In this document: one piece after another, positions 26,299-38,654 of the stretch | How positions within the stretch are numbered: position 1 is the stretch's first letter | Layout: the number at the start of each line of letters is the position of its first letter | Assembly (NCBI GenBank): GCA_022801715.1 | Contig: JAAWSV010000009.1 | Span: 292 to 64,291, forward strand | Source: Oscillospiraceae bacterium | GTDB taxonomy: Bacteria; Bacillota; Clostridia; Oscillospirales; Oscillospiraceae | Length of the DNA stretch: 64,000 nt | Direction of reading: 5' to 3' | Notes under the pieces: model-generated | The model's input: only the letters and a program-made list of their open reading frames with translations | Told to the model about the DNA's origin: nothing | The model's database searches: none | Program-made: the position numbers and the translations under genes

Positions 26299-26510
26299 CC
26301 ACGGTGATTATTAGCACGGAGTATATCAAGCTCCAGGATCTCTTGAAGTTTGAGAATCTGGTGGAGAGCGGCGGCATAGCCAAGCAGCACATTCAGGAGG
26401 GGGCTGTGATGGTGAATGGGGAGGTCTGCCTCCTCCGGGGGCGGAAGATCCGCCCGGGGGATGTGGTAGCCTTCAACGGTGGGGAATACACGGTGGCCTA
26501 TGCGGATTAA
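26295..26510 (+). CDS. yaaA: S4-domain RNA-binding protein YaaA
   Basis: 71 aa. IKLQDLLKFENLVESGGIAKQHIQEGAVMVNGEV...RGRKIRPGDVV. Conserved position between dnaN and recF. Confidence 0.85.
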   Translation: MTTVIISTEYIKLQDLLKFENLVESGGIAKQHIQEGAVMVNGEVCLLRGRKIRPGDVVAFNGGEYTVAYAD

Positions 26511-27600
26511 AAGCCTCCATCTGGAGGGATTTCGCAACTATCAGGTGCTGACAGCAAACTTCCACGGGGCAGTGAATGTGATCTGTGGGGATAATGCACA
26601 GGGAAAAACCAACCTGTTGGAGGCTGTCGCCTACCTCTCCGGGGCCTCCCACCGCACGCGGTTTGACCGGGAACTGATCTCCTTCGATGCGGACAGCGGC
26701 TTTTTGCGGGGAGAGGTGGAGTGCCGGGGGCGGGATTTTACCGTGGAGGCCCGCCTCTTTCGGGGGCGGGGACGGCAGCTCACCAGCAATGGAGTCAGGC
26801 TCAAGAGTATGGGAGAGCTGGGGAGTGTGCTGAATACGGTGCTGTTTTGCCCGGAGGATCTGTATTTGATCCGTTCGGGAGCGGCGGAGCGGCGGCGGTT
26901 TATCGACACGTGCATCTGTCAGCTCCGTCCAAGGTACGCCGAGGCCCTAGCGGAGTATAAGCGGCTCCATGAGCACAAGACCAGAATTCTGCGGGACAGC
27001 GGGGAGAAGCCCTCACTGTTGGATGCCTTGGATGAATTTTCCTATGGGATGGTTCGTTGGGGGGCGGTGGTGATCCATTACCGGGCCCACTTTGTTAAAA
27101 AGCTCCAAGAGACCGCGCCGGGGATCCACTTGGAATTCTCCGGCGGACGGGAGGAACTGCATTTGCAGTATGAGACAGTGTCATCGGTGTTGGACCCGGA
27201 GGCACCGGTGAAGGAGCTGGCGGAGCAGCTATGGGATCATATGCAGCGGCACAGAAGTGCGGAGATTGCTGGCCGGACTTGTCTCTCCGGTCCCCACAAG
27301 GACGATGTGGCGGTGGATATCAACGGGAAGGCCGCCAGAATTTATGGGTCGCAGGGGCAGACAAGGACGGCGGCGCTGTCGCTGAAGCTGGCGGAGCGGG
27401 AGATCTTTCGGGAGGATGCCGGGGAGTATCCCGTCCTGCTGCTGGATGATGTTTTGAGTGAGCTGGACCCCAAGAGACAGGAGTTCGTGCTGAATCGGAT
27501 CGCCGGGGGGCAGGTGTTTATTACCTGCTGTGAGGATGACCGGCTGAGCAGTCTTGCCGGGGGAAAAGTATTCCATGTGAGAAGCGGGGCACTGGTCTGA
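26500..27600 (+). CDS. recF: DNA replication and repair protein RecF
   Basis: In-frame ATG 26500 inside ORF 26479..27600. MRIKSLHLEGFRNYQ, Walker A GDNAQGKTNLLEA, signature GSQGQTRTAALSLKLAE, Walker B VLLLDDVLSELD. Confidence 0.93.
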   Translation: MRIKSLHLEGFRNYQVLTANFHGAVNVICGDNAQGKTNLLEAVAYLSGASHRTRFDRELISFDADSGFLRGEVECRGRDFTVEARLFRGRGRQLTSNGVRLKSMGELGSVLNTVLFCPEDLYLIRSGAAERRRFIDTCICQLRPRYAEALAEYKRLHEHKTRILRDSGEKPSLLDALDEFSYGMVRWGAVVIHYRAHFVKKLQETAPGIHLEFSGGREELHLQYETVSSVLDPEAPVKELAEQLWDHMQRHRSAEIAGRTCLSGPHKDDVAVDINGKAARIYGSQGQTRTAALSLKLAEREIFREDAGEYPVLLLDDVLSELDPKRQEFVLNRIAGGQVFITCCEDDRLSSLAGGKVFHVRSGALV

Positions 27601-27616
27601 GAGGGGCAGGAGGGCT

Positions 27617-27868
27617 ATGATAGGGGTTTTGATCATTATTGCACTTCCCTTTGCCCTTTTGCAGTATTTTCTCTGCCGCAGCAAATGGGGATGTTGGATT
27701 CTGCCGGTGTTATTGATTGTGTTTTTATACTGGCAATTTGGTATACCCCACCCGGAGTCCCTGTGCGGTGTGGGCGGTGGAGTAGCCTTGGTGTTCTTTA
27801 TGGGTGGTGGAGTTGGTACGGCTGCCGGCTGGATAATTGGTTTTAACCACCACTCATTGGAAAAATAG
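27617..27868 (+). CDS. Hypothetical small membrane protein
   Basis: 83 aa with three hydrophobic segments. Lower-GC, T-rich codons unlike the antisense artefacts. No recognisable family. Confidence 0.5.
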   Translation: MIGVLIIIALPFALLQYFLCRSKWGCWILPVLLIVFLYWQFGIPHPESLCGVGGGVALVFFMGGGVGTAAGWIIGFNHHSLEK

Positions 27869-27965
27869 TTGGCAGCATTGCCGTCTATAGATGTGGCATA
27901 TATCTTTTGGCTGTTGTATATGGGTTCTGTCAATGCCCAGCACGCCGAGGCAGGAGGAGGACTGT

Positions 27966-28241
27966 ATGTATCTGCATCTTGGTGGGACGGTTTCTGTGCC
28001 GGTGGCAGAGGTGGTGGGGATTTTTGACCTGGATAATACCTCTACCTCCCGCATCACACGGGATTTCCTTCACACCGCAGAGGTGGAGGGGATGGTGGTC
28101 AGTGTGGGAGAGGATCTGCCCAAGTCCGTGGTGCTCTGCTGTCCCCAAGGGAGCTGGCAGCGGGTCTATCTCTCCCCTGTCAACAGTGTTACCCTCTTCC
28201 ACCGGTGGGAGCATGGCTTGGGGGACATGCCGCAGGGATGA
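27966..28241 (+). CDS. DUF370 protein (RemB/YaaB-like)
   Basis: In-frame ATG 27966 after GGAGGAGGA inside ORF 27891..28241. MYLHLGGTVSVPVAEVVGIFDLD resembles DUF370. Conserved recF-remB-gyrB position. Confidence 0.8.
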   Translation: MYLHLGGTVSVPVAEVVGIFDLDNTSTSRITRDFLHTAEVEGMVVSVGEDLPKSVVLCCPQGSWQRVYLSPVNSVTLFHRWEHGLGDMPQG

Positions 28242-28303
28242 TTCAAGCGTGGAAATGGTTATAATTAACCAATTATTGAGATTTTTTAATACTTTTCTTC
28301 TGA

Positions 28304-30349
<2,046 letters not shown>

Positions 30350-30351
30350 TT

Positions 30352-30379
30352 TCGTTTGAAATTCGCGGATTTCAAACGA
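30352..30379 (+). repeat. TGAAAT...ATTTCA hairpin (family member 2)
   Basis: TCGTTTGAAAT tcgcgg ATTTCAAACGA, an 11-bp stem starting 3 nt after the gyrB stop. No U-tract. Confidence 0.6.
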
Positions 30380-30458
30380 GGGGGGATATTGGGACCAAGC
30401 CGAGCGCGGCGGTCCCTGCCGGCACACTGACAACGTTTGTAAAGGAGAATAGGATTGA

Positions 30459-32978
30459 ATGGCAAAGCATGACGACTATATGAGCCGGGACATCTCCTTC
30501 CCGGACCAGAAGATTGTGGAGATCGACCTGGAGCACGAGATGGAGACGGCGTACATTGAGTACGCCATGTCCGTTATCAAGGGCCGAGCTCTGCCCGATG
30601 TGCGGGACGGCCTGAAGCCCGTCCACCGGCGGATTTTGTACTCCATGTATGACACCGGTCTCACCAGTGACAAGCCCTACAAGAAGTCCGCCACCTGTGT
30701 GGGTGAGGTACTGGGTAAGTACCACCCCCATGGGGATCAGAGTGTCTATGACGCTTTGGTGCGTTTGGCTCAGGACTTCTCCATGCGCTATATGCTGGTG
30801 GACGGCCACGGAAACTTCGGTAGCGTGGACGGGGACCCCCCTGCCGCCTACCGTTATACTGAGGCCCGGATGAGTAAGATCGCCAATGAGATGCTCCGGG
30901 ACATCGACAAGGATACCGTGGACTGGGACCCCAACTTTGATGAGAGCCTAAAGGAGCCCCGGGTACTGCCCTCCCGGTTCCCAAACCTCTTGGTGAACGG
31001 ATCCAGCGGTATCGCCGTGGGTATGACCACCAATATTCCGCCCCACAATCTCCGGGAGGTCATCAACGCGGCGGTCTGCGTTATTGACAATCCGGAGGCG
31101 GATTTGAATGACTTGATGGAGCACATCAAGGGGCCGGACTTCCCCACCAAGGGTATCATCATGGGACGTTCCGGTATCCGGGCGGCCTACGCCACCGGCC
31201 GGGGGCACATCCGCCTCCGGGCACGGACGGAGATGGAGGAGTTCGGGCAGGGCCGGACAAGGATTATTGTCACGGAGCTGCCCTATCAGGTAAACAAGGC
31301 CCGCTTGGTGGAGAATATCGCCGAGCAGGTGAAGGACAAGCGGCTGGAGGGCATCTCCTATTTGCAGGACCACAGTGACGGCAAGAAGGGTATGCGGATT
31401 GTCATTGAGCTGAAGAAGGATGCCAATCCGCAGGTGGTGTTGAATCGGCTCTTTACACAGACCCAGATGCAGATTACCTTCGGCATCATCCTGCTGGCCT
31501 TGGTGGACAACCAGACCCAGCCCCGTGTGCTGACTCTGCGGCAGATCTTGGATGAGTATATCGCCTTTCAGATGGAGGTCATCACCCGGCGGACCATCTT
31601 TGACCGGAAGAAGGCCCAGGACCGGGCTCACCTGTTGGAGGGGCTGCTCATCGCCCAAGACAACATCGACGAGGTCATCAAGATCATCCGCTCCAGCTAC
31701 GACAATGCCAAGGACCGGCTGATGGAGCGTTTCGGATTGGACGATGTGCAGGCGCAGGCCATCTGTGACATGCGGCTCATCGCATTGCAGGGGCTCAATC
31801 GGGAGAAGCTGGAGAACGAGTACAAGGAGTTGGAGGAGCGGATCGCGTACTACACCAGTCTTTTGGAGGACAAGTCGAAGATGCAGGGTGTTCTGAAGGA
31901 TGAGCTCATCGAGATTCGGGACAAGTACGGCGACGAGCGCAAAACCGAGATCGGTATTGTGGAGGATGAGATCGACATTGAGGACTTGATCGAGGAGGAG
32001 CAGTGTGTCTTTACCCTGACAGCCAACGGCTATATCAAGCGCACCCCGGCCAGTGAGTACGCCGCACAGTCCAAGGGCGGCATGGGCAAGAAGGGCATCA
32101 CCACCCGGGAGGAGGACTATGTGGTGGATGTGTTCACCGCCTCCACACACGACTATATCTTCTTCTTTACCGATACCGGTAAGGTATACCGGAAAAAGGG
32201 ATATCAGATCCCTGAGAGCGGAAAGACCGCTAAGGGCACCAATATTGTCAACATCCTCCCTGTGGAGAGTGGTGAGCGAATCCAGACCATGATCCACACC
32301 CGTGAACTGAAGGAGGAGAATGTTGAGCTCTACCTCACTATGGTCACACGAAACGGCACGGTGAAGCGCCTGCCGGTAAACACCCTCCGGAACATCCGCA
32401 ACAACGGTATCCGGGCATTGACCTTGGAGGAGGGCGATCAGCTGATCACGGTACGGGAGACCGACGGCACCAAGCACATCCTCATCGCCACACACGATGG
32501 CATGGCGGTGTGTTTCCACGAGAGCGATGTCCGGCCCACCGGCCGGGGCAGCGTCGGTGTCCGGGGTATCCGGCTGAGAGAGGGTGACTATGTGGTGGGC
32601 GCCGCCCGTGTGACACCGGGACGGACGGTGCTGACCATCACCGAGAATGGCTACGGCAAGCGGACACCGGTGGAGGACTACCGTGTGACCAGCCGAGGGG
32701 GCCTTGGCATCAAGAACTACATGGTGACGGAAAAGACCGGAAAGGTCATGGGTATCAAGGTGGTGGACGGCGGTGAGGATCTGCTGCTGGTGACACAGAG
32801 CGGTATCCTCATCCGCACCCACGTGGACGCCATCCGTCTGGCTGGACGCGCTACACAGGGCGTCATCGTAATGCGGTTTAAGGAGGAGGGTGACCGGGTA
32901 ATCGCCTTGGCCTTGGCCCAGCGTGAGGAGGGTGAGGAGAGCTCTCCCACTGCAGAGTCTCTTTCAGAGGAGGAGTAG
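30459..32978 (+). CDS. gyrA: DNA gyrase subunit A
   Basis: 839 aa. [19 protein letters not shown], the QRDR-type stretch [17 protein letters not shown], the catalytic Tyr in [10 protein letters not shown] and C-terminal beta-pinwheel repeats. Confidence 0.97.
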   Translation: MAKHDDYMSRDISFPDQKIVEIDLEHEMETAYIEYAMSVIKGRALPDVRDGLKPVHRRILYSMYDTGLTSDKPYKKSATCVGEVLGKYHPHGDQSVYDALVRLAQDFSMRYMLVDGHGNFGSVDGDPPAAYRYTEARMSKIANEMLRDIDKDTVDWDPNFDESLKEPRVLPSRFPNLLVNGSSGIAVGMTTNIPPHNLREVINAAVCVIDNPEADLNDLMEHIKGPDFPTKGIIMGRSGIRAAYATGRGHIRLRARTEMEEFGQGRTRIIVTELPYQVNKARLVENIAEQVKDKRLEGISYLQDHSDGKKGMRIVIELKKDANPQVVLNRLFTQTQMQITFGIILLALVDNQTQPRVLTLRQILDEYIAFQMEVITRRTIFDRKKAQDRAHLLEGLLIAQDNIDEVIKIIRSSYDNAKDRLMERFGLDDVQAQAICDMRLIALQGLNREKLENEYKELEERIAYYTSLLEDKSKMQGVLKDELIEIRDKYGDERKTEIGIVEDEIDIEDLIEEEQCVFTLTANGYIKRTPASEYAAQSKGGMGKKGITTREEDYVVDVFTASTHDYIFFFTDTGKVYRKKGYQIPESGKTAKGTNIVNILPVESGERIQTMIHTRELKEENVELYLTMVTRNGTVKRLPVNTLRNIRNNGIRALTLEEGDQLITVRETDGTKHILIATHDGMAVCFHESDVRPTGRGSVGVRGIRLREGDYVVGAARVTPGRTVLTITENGYGKRTPVEDYRVTSRGGLGIKNYMVTEKTGKVMGIKVVDGGEDLLLVTQSGILIRTHVDAIRLAGRATQGVIVMRFKEEGDRVIALALAQREEGEESSPTAESLSEEE

Positions 32979-32981
32979 GTT

Positions 32982-33188
32982 ATGGTTCGAGGATTGATCT
33001 CTCTTTTGATGAATTTTCTGCCTCAGTCTGTGGCCATCGCCCTGTTGTGCGCCGTCTGTATAGGCTTTTTTGGTGTTTTTATTCCACGGATGGAAAAAAA
33101 GAAGCAGCAGGAGGAGCAGGAGTGGTACCGTGCCCGCGAGCAGCAGCACCAAGAGAAATGTCAGCAGGAGAAGCAGGAGGAAGCATAA
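32982..33188 (+). CDS. Hypothetical small membrane protein with Q/E/K-rich tail
   Basis: 68 aa. One TM (VAIALLCAVCIGFFGVFI) then KKKQQEEQEWYRAREQQHQEK. Starts 4 nt after the gyrA stop. Confidence 0.45.
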   Translation: MVRGLISLLMNFLPQSVAIALLCAVCIGFFGVFIPRMEKKKQQEEQEWYRAREQQHQEKCQQEKQEEA

Positions 33189-33316
33189 GAGTGTCCACTT
33201 CCTTTGTACGCCGGTCAAGCCGCAGGGCGTCTTGGCGGATTTCGGTGAAAGGATATTGATTTTTCTCTGATAGTATGTACCCTTATAGAGGAAATGAATG
33301 GTGAAGGAAAAACAGC

Positions 33317-33754
33317 ATGAAACAAGTAACCATCTATACCGACGGGGCCTGCTCCGGGAATCCTGGGCCGGGGGGCTGGGGGGCGATCCTCCAGTATGGC
33401 CAGCATACACGGGAGCTCTCCGGCGGCGAGGCCCACACCACCAACAACCGTATGGAGCTCACCGGGGTCATAGAGGCGCTGTCTCTGCTCAAGGAGCCCT
33501 GTGAGGTGGAGTTGTATTCGGACAGCAAGTATGTCATCGACGCATTGAGCAAGGGCTGGGCCAAGGGCTGGCGGGCCAAGGGCTGGGTGAAGAGTGACAA
33601 GAAGCCGGCGCTGAATCCGGACCTGTGGGAGAAACTGCTGAAGTTGTGTGAGATTCACCAAGTCCACTGCCACTGGGTGAAGGGCCACGCGGACAACCCC
33701 TACAACAACCGCTGCGACCAGCTGGCGGTGGAGGAGCGGCAGAAATATCAATAA
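33317..33754 (+). CDS. rnhA: Ribonuclease HI
   Basis: 145 aa. [63 protein letters not shown] carry the DEDD catalytic pattern. Confidence 0.92.
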   Translation: MKQVTIYTDGACSGNPGPGGWGAILQYGQHTRELSGGEAHTTNNRMELTGVIEALSLLKEPCEVELYSDSKYVIDALSKGWAKGWRAKGWVKSDKKPALNPDLWEKLLKLCEIHQVHCHWVKGHADNPYNNRCDQLAVEERQKYQ

Positions 33755-33890
33755 CGGGAGAGAAAATTTCCACGTTCATAGATTGTTTACAGTCAGGACA
33801 CGATTTTCTCATAATCCTATAGTAAAGTACAAGCATGCAAAGGGTAACACACAACCCGATGCGATTTCTCCCTCCTAAAACACACACAAC

Positions 33891-33934
33891 ACACACGTCT
33901 AAGGCCCGCCTTTTGGCGGGCCTTAGACGTGTGT
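33891..33934. repeat. Perfect 20-bp-stem palindrome
   Basis: ACACACGTCTAAGGCCCGCC tttt GGCGGGCCTTAGACGTGTGT, preceded by a CA-rich run. No U-tract. Possibly the rnhA terminator. Confidence 0.6.
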
Positions 33935-34004
33935 GCAGTCCGCTTGTTTGAGGTGCAGTGGGGGGTGGGAAAGCAATGGTTATATGGATGGGTTGTTGGA
34001 ACGT

Positions 34005-34189
34005 TCGGGCGGACGGGAGACGTCGCGCCGGGGTCGTCGCGCCCTACGGGGTTAGGTCATCGGACATGGTTCGTGAAAACAGATATAGAGGTGCACAGCG
34101 TGCGCCCGTCCTTCTCCAGTGCGGTGGGTGTCGAGAGAGCGGGCGCACGCTGTGCGCCCCTACAGGTGTATGACCAATACCACCAGAAA
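34005..34189 (+). repeat. REP/BIME-like mosaic cluster R5
   Basis: Family B variant at 34022-34049 (..CGCGCC-CTACGG), a degenerate inverted family C unit near 34085-34110 and a forward family C unit GGGCGCACGCTGTGCGCCC-CTACA at 34141-34164. The GGTTCGTGAAAAC linker is conserved. Confidence 0.85.
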
Positions 34190-34545
34190 GCACGGCGGCC
34201 TTTACTGCACAACGAACAGCGCAACAACCATCAAGTTTCGGGGGCAAGTCGTGGCGAGGGTGGCAGAGCGGCAGTGGCGGTTTGCCACAAAGCTATAGAC
34301 GGGGGGACGCTCTCAGGACACCTTCTGCTTTGCGAGAGCTACCGCCGCCGCGTTGGGTGTGCCAAGGTTGGACGAGCACTGGCCTGTCGAAGGAGCGCGC
34401 AGCTTGGGACTCTTAGGGGGGAGCGAATAAGGGCTGTGCCCCCCTGCGGGGGCTAAGGCCCGCCTGAGCGGACACCTAAGCGCGCTTTTGCCTACTTTTC
34501 TCGCGTGAGAAAAGTAGGTCGCCTGGGGGTGAAACCCCCGTCCCC
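34190..34545 (+). repeat. Dispersed ~356-nt element, copy 3
   Basis: Colinear with the other copies. The H2 hairpin here is CCTACTTTTCTC gcgt GAGAAAAGTAGG (34491-34518). The 3' end is GGGGG tgaaa CCCCC. Confidence 0.85.
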
Positions 34546-34858
34546 ATAGCCAAACAGAAAAATTGTGTGTACAAACCGATTCTTTTGTGTTATACTATCC
34601 ACAGCCGCCGGACATTCCGGCTTTTATAGACTGTTTGTTTCGCGGAGGCGTTGTGGGCGCCGCTGCGACAAAATAGATACAATAGAGAAAAAGGGAAAGC
34701 ATCGACAGGGAGGTTCCCCCATCGCAGCCGCGCACGAATCGGGGTGCGCAGCTGGGGACGCCTCTCTATGTCGGCGCGCGGTTTTTGTGCGCCTTCATCC
34801 CCCTAAAGGGGGTTCACTCTTTCCCTACATAGCCATGATGAAAAAGGAGTGAAACTAT

Positions 34859-36517
34859 TTGGCAGAAAAAATGAAAATTATCCCCTTGGGAGGCTTAGAC
34901 GAGATTGGGAAGAACATGACCGTCTATGAGTACGGCGGGGAGCTGATTGTGGTGGACTGCGGCATGGGTTTCCCCGGCGACGACATGTACGGCGTGGACT
35001 TGGTGATCCCCGATGTGACCTACCTTGTCAAGCAGCGCAGCCGCATCCGGGGCATGTTTATTACCCACGGACATGAGGACCACATCGGTTCTATCCCCTA
35101 TGTGCTCAAGCAGGTCAACATGCCCATCTATTGTACCCGCCTTACCGCCGGCCTTATCAAGCTGAAGCTGGAGGAGCACGGCCTCCTCAAGCAGACCAAG
35201 CTCATCACCGTGGAGGCCGGGGAGATGATCCGGGTGGGGAAGTTCTATGTGGAATTTATCCACGTGAACCACTCCATTGCCGACTCCGTGGCCTTCGCCA
35301 TCCACACCGATATGGGCGTCATCGTCCACACCGGTGACTTCAAGATCGACTCCACCCCCATTGATGGGGATGTAATCGACTTGGGCCGCTTCGGTGAGCT
35401 GGGCCGGGAGGGAGTGCTGGCACTGCTGGCGGACTCCACCAACGTGGAGCGGCCGGGGTACACCATGAGTGAGAGAACTGTGGGCAAGACCTTCGACCGG
35501 CTTTTCACCGGCTGCAAGCAGCGGATCATCGTCACTACCTTTGCCTCCAACATCCACCGCATCCAGCAGGTCATTGACGCCGCCGCCGCCAATAAACGGA
35601 AGGTGGCTGTCACCGGCCGGAGCATGGAGAACATCATGCGAGTCTCCACAGAGCTGGGGTATATGAAGGTGCCCAAGGGCGTGGTGGTGGACTTAAACAA
35701 GATCAAGAACGTGCCCAAGGAGCAGCAAGTGATCATCACCACCGGCTCCCAAGGGGAGGAGATGAGCGCCCTGTACCGCATGGCCTTCTCCACCCACAAG
35801 CAGATCGACTTGGGCCCCGGGGACAAGGTGATCATCTCCGCCAGCGCCATCCCCGGCAATGAAAAGACCGTGGGCCGGGTGATCAACGAGCTGTTCCGCA
35901 AGGGGGTGGAGGTGGTCTACGACCGGGCCGATGCCCTCCACGTCTCCGGACACGCCTGTCAGGAGGAGCTGAAGATCATCCACGCCTTGGTGCGTCCCCG
36001 GTTCTTTATCCCTGTCCACGGTGAGCAGCGGCACCTGCGCCGCCACATCGCCTTGGCGCTGGAGATGGGTATGGACCGGCGGAACATTGTTCTGCCGGAG
36101 ATCGGCAACGTGATCGAGCTGACCGCGAGGACCGTTAAGGTCAACGGCAGCGTCCCCTGCGGTGAGGTGATGGTGGACGGCAGCGGCGTGGGCGATGTTG
36201 GCGCTGTGGTGCTCCGGGACCGGAAGATTCTGGCCGAGGACGGCATGGTGGTGGTGATTCTGAACATCTCCAGCCACAATAACCAGCTGATCGGCGAGCC
36301 GGAGATCATCACACGGGGCTTTATTTACGTGAAGGAGAACGAGGCCATGCTCAAGGAGCTCAGTCACGTGGCCATGACCGCCGCCGGCAGCGTGGGTGTC
36401 AAGCGCATCCGTGATTTGGGTGAGGTCCGCAGTGCTGTGAAGTCCGCAGTGAGCAACTATCTGTATAAGAACACCCGGAGGAGTCCGATGATTATTCCGG
36501 TGATCAATAGAGTGTAG
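34859..36517 (+). CDS. rnj: Ribonuclease J
   Basis: 552 aa. The metallo-beta-lactamase/beta-CASP order IIPLGGLDEIGKNM, FITHGHEDHIG, HTGDFK, DSTN, HVSGHA is diagnostic. TTG 34859 is 10 nt after AAGGAG, and ATG 34871 is an alternative start. Confidence 0.93.
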   Translation: MAEKMKIIPLGGLDEIGKNMTVYEYGGELIVVDCGMGFPGDDMYGVDLVIPDVTYLVKQRSRIRGMFITHGHEDHIGSIPYVLKQVNMPIYCTRLTAGLIKLKLEEHGLLKQTKLITVEAGEMIRVGKFYVEFIHVNHSIADSVAFAIHTDMGVIVHTGDFKIDSTPIDGDVIDLGRFGELGREGVLALLADSTNVERPGYTMSERTVGKTFDRLFTGCKQRIIVTTFASNIHRIQQVIDAAAANKRKVAVTGRSMENIMRVSTELGYMKVPKGVVVDLNKIKNVPKEQQVIITTGSQGEEMSALYRMAFSTHKQIDLGPGDKVIISASAIPGNEKTVGRVINELFRKGVEVVYDRADALHVSGHACQEELKIIHALVRPRFFIPVHGEQRHLRRHIALALEMGMDRRNIVLPEIGNVIELTARTVKVNGSVPCGEVMVDGSGVGDVGAVVLRDRKILAEDGMVVVILNISSHNNQLIGEPEIITRGFIYVKENEAMLKELSHVAMTAAGSVGVKRIRDLGEVRSAVKSAVSNYLYKNTRRSPMIIPVINRV

Positions 36518-36615
36518 GGCAGTTTGCTTGGCAAAAACGGAAGCAAAAGAGATGAAGTTTTTCAGATACCATCCTATAGCAATTTAAAAATCCCGATATT
36601 TTTCCCACAAACGAG

Positions 36616-36648
36616 AGAGGAGTGCGATATTCGCACTCCTCTTTTTTT
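36616..36648 (+). terminator. Intrinsic terminator of rnj
   Basis: AGAGGAGTGCGA tat TCGCACTCCTCT followed by TTTTTT. Confidence 0.9.
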
Positions 36649-36660
36649 GTATGGTGTTTT

Positions 36661-36972
36661 GTAGGAAGATTTCGGTGGAGGAGGGATGGCGCGCCCTACG
36701 GACGGTCTATCGGGAGTGCGATGGGCATCGGGGGATGGGCCGGTGAGGACACCGGCCCCTACGGGGTTGGGCCACCGGACATGGTTCGTGAAAATGTTTG
36801 CAGGGGCGCACAATGTGTACCTGTCCTTCCCCAGTACGGCGAGCACCAACAGAAGGGGCGCACAATGTGCACCCCTACAAACGGTATACCGAAGCATTCC
36901 GATTGACGAGGGATGGCGCGCCGAGGCCGTCGCTCCCTACGGAGATTTATATAACAACAGCATTGCTGGCAA
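36661..36972 (+). repeat. REP/BIME-like mosaic cluster R6
   Basis: Collapsed family B at 36688-36701, family A at 36737-36764, degenerate inverted C near 36800, forward C at 36855-36879, family B at 36915-36942. Confidence 0.85.
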
Positions 36973-37328
36973 GTACGGCGGCATTTGCCGCACCGGGCCA
37001 GCGAAGCAACCTTCAAGCTCCGGGGGCAAGTCGTGGCGAGGGTGGCAGAGCGGCAGCGGACGCCTACAGCATGGCTACAGACGGGAGGATGCTCTCAAGA
37101 TACCATCCACTAAGCAAGAACAACCGCCGCCGCGTTGGGGGCACCAAGGTTGGACGAGCGCCGGTCTGTCGAGGGGGAATGCGTCCTGGGGTTCTTAGAG
37201 GGTAGCGAATAAGGGCTGTGTCCCCAAGGGGGGCTAAAGCCCACCTGAGCGGACACCTAAGCAGCCTTTTGCTGACTTTTGAGCTGCACCAAAAGTCAGT
37301 CGCCCGGGGGGCGAACCCCCTGTCCCCT
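36973..37328 (+). repeat. Dispersed ~356-nt element, copy 4
   Basis: Colinear with the other copies. H2 is CTGACTTTTG agctgcac CAAAAGTCAG (37272-37299). The 3' hairpin abuts the stop codon of the convergent ECF gene at 37327. Confidence 0.85.
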
Positions 37329-37902
37329 ACGCCACGGTGCCCAGCAGGTGGGCCCTGCGCAGGGCCGGGCTCATCGCCAGGTACAGCAGCGCTGCGCAGA
37401 TGGTGGCAATAATCCCATTGGCCAGTGATATCGGCAGCTTCACACCTAGCGTATACGTCAGAGCTACATCCCAAGTAAATCCCTTAACAAAATGCCCGGA
37501 AATAATGTTCTTTGTCAGATACAGCACCACATAGGTCATCGCCCCAGCGGCGCCAGCCAGCCAGATGCGTACTCTCTCGCTGCCAAAGCGCACCACGTGC
37601 ATCAAAAGTCCCGCCACCATGGCCATGGCAAACTTATTGATGAAGGTGATCCAGAACTCCGGTGCCCAAGCCGGGTCCGTCAAATCCACCATCGCCGAGC
37701 CGATGCCCGCTGCCAGAGAGCCGGTAATGGGCCCGAAAAGCAGCGCAGAGAGGATGCACATGGTGTTCCCCAGCTGAATTGCCGTCTTGCCCAAGGGACT
37801 GGGGATGGGGATGCTGGCAAACTTAGTCAGTGCAAACACCATCGCCGAGAGGACGCCGATGAGGGTGATCCTCTGTACGGTAAAAAACTTCTTCTTCTCC
37901 AT
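37327..37902 (-). CDS. ECF transporter S component (substrate unknown)
   Basis: 191 aa, six TM segments. LIGVLSAMVFALTKFASIPIPSPLG...LLFGPITGSLAAGIGSAMVDL is typical of ECF S units. Confidence 0.8.
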   Translation of the reverse strand: MEKKKFFTVQRITLIGVLSAMVFALTKFASIPIPSPLGKTAIQLGNTMCILSALLFGPITGSLAAGIGSAMVDLTDPAWAPEFWITFINKFAMAMVAGLLMHVVRFGSERVRIWLAGAAGAMTYVVLYLTKNIISGHFVKGFTWDVALTYTLGVKLPISLANGIIATICAALLYLAMSPALRRAHLLGTVA

Positions 37903-37946
37903 AGGTAACGCCTCCTGTTGTATTTTGATAGGGTATAAAATGCTCT

Positions 37947-38480
37947 CTATAGAGAGCGGGACTGGCTCCAGCGGTCAAAAAGAGGTGCCAAGCGGCAGGG
38001 GAAGCAGAGTACGACGCCGCACACGGCCCCCAAGGCGGCCTGCAGGATCTGGAAGGGCAGCTTCAGAATGGCGTACTCCGGCGTGCTGTAGAGGAAAGCC
38101 CGGCCCAAGGAGTAGCCCACCACCATGATAACCGCACCCAGCGTTACACCGACGACGGACCCGCCCAGCCGATGCTCTCGGGAGCGGTGGGCACAGAGGG
38201 AGATTACCACCGCCTGCAGCCCGTGTGTGACCAGTGAGACAAACATGGGTGCGGGATAGAAGAAGAAATCCCCCAGAAACGCACCAATCCCTCCCACCGC
38301 GAAGGCCCCCACCGGGTCCAGCAAAATGCCGGCGGTGCAGATCACAATGTCATTCAAATAGAGGTGTCCCCCCGGCACGGGCATCCCGAAGGAGCTGAGG
38401 GCGATATTCATCGCCATCAAAACAGCGGTTATTGTCAGCCACAGCACCGGGGCACGTCTCCGCAGTGATTCTGATTTCAT
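37947..38480 (-). CDS. ECF transporter S component (substrate unknown)
   Basis: 177 aa polytopic protein. LTITAVLMAMNIALSSFGMPVPGGHLYLNDIVICTAGILLDPVGAFAVGGIGAFLGD. Lies 44 nt upstream of the second S unit. Confidence 0.7.
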   Translation of the reverse strand: MKSESLRRRAPVLWLTITAVLMAMNIALSSFGMPVPGGHLYLNDIVICTAGILLDPVGAFAVGGIGAFLGDFFFYPAPMFVSLVTHGLQAVVISLCAHRSREHRLGGSVVGVTLGAVIMVVGYSLGRAFLYSTPEYAILKLPFQILQAALGAVCGVVLCFPCRLAPLFDRWSQSRSL

Positions 38481-38538
38481 GTCGCAGGCCTCCCAACCTC
38501 AAGCTATTCCTAACGCCTATTAAGCAAATCCTTTCCTC

Positions 38539-38567
38539 TTGACAGCCAAGCTCCTTTCCTGTATGCT
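38539..38567 (+). promoter_or_regulatory. Candidate sigma-A promoter of the MocR-family gene
   Basis: TTGACA (38539-44), 17-nt spacer, TATGCT (38562-67). Confidence 0.45.
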
Positions 38568-38654
38568 TCCATTATACCGATAACTGACCCTATTAAAATA
38601 TCCAGAACATATATTTTTTATAGGATCAGTTTTTCAAAAAGGAGGGAATCACCC

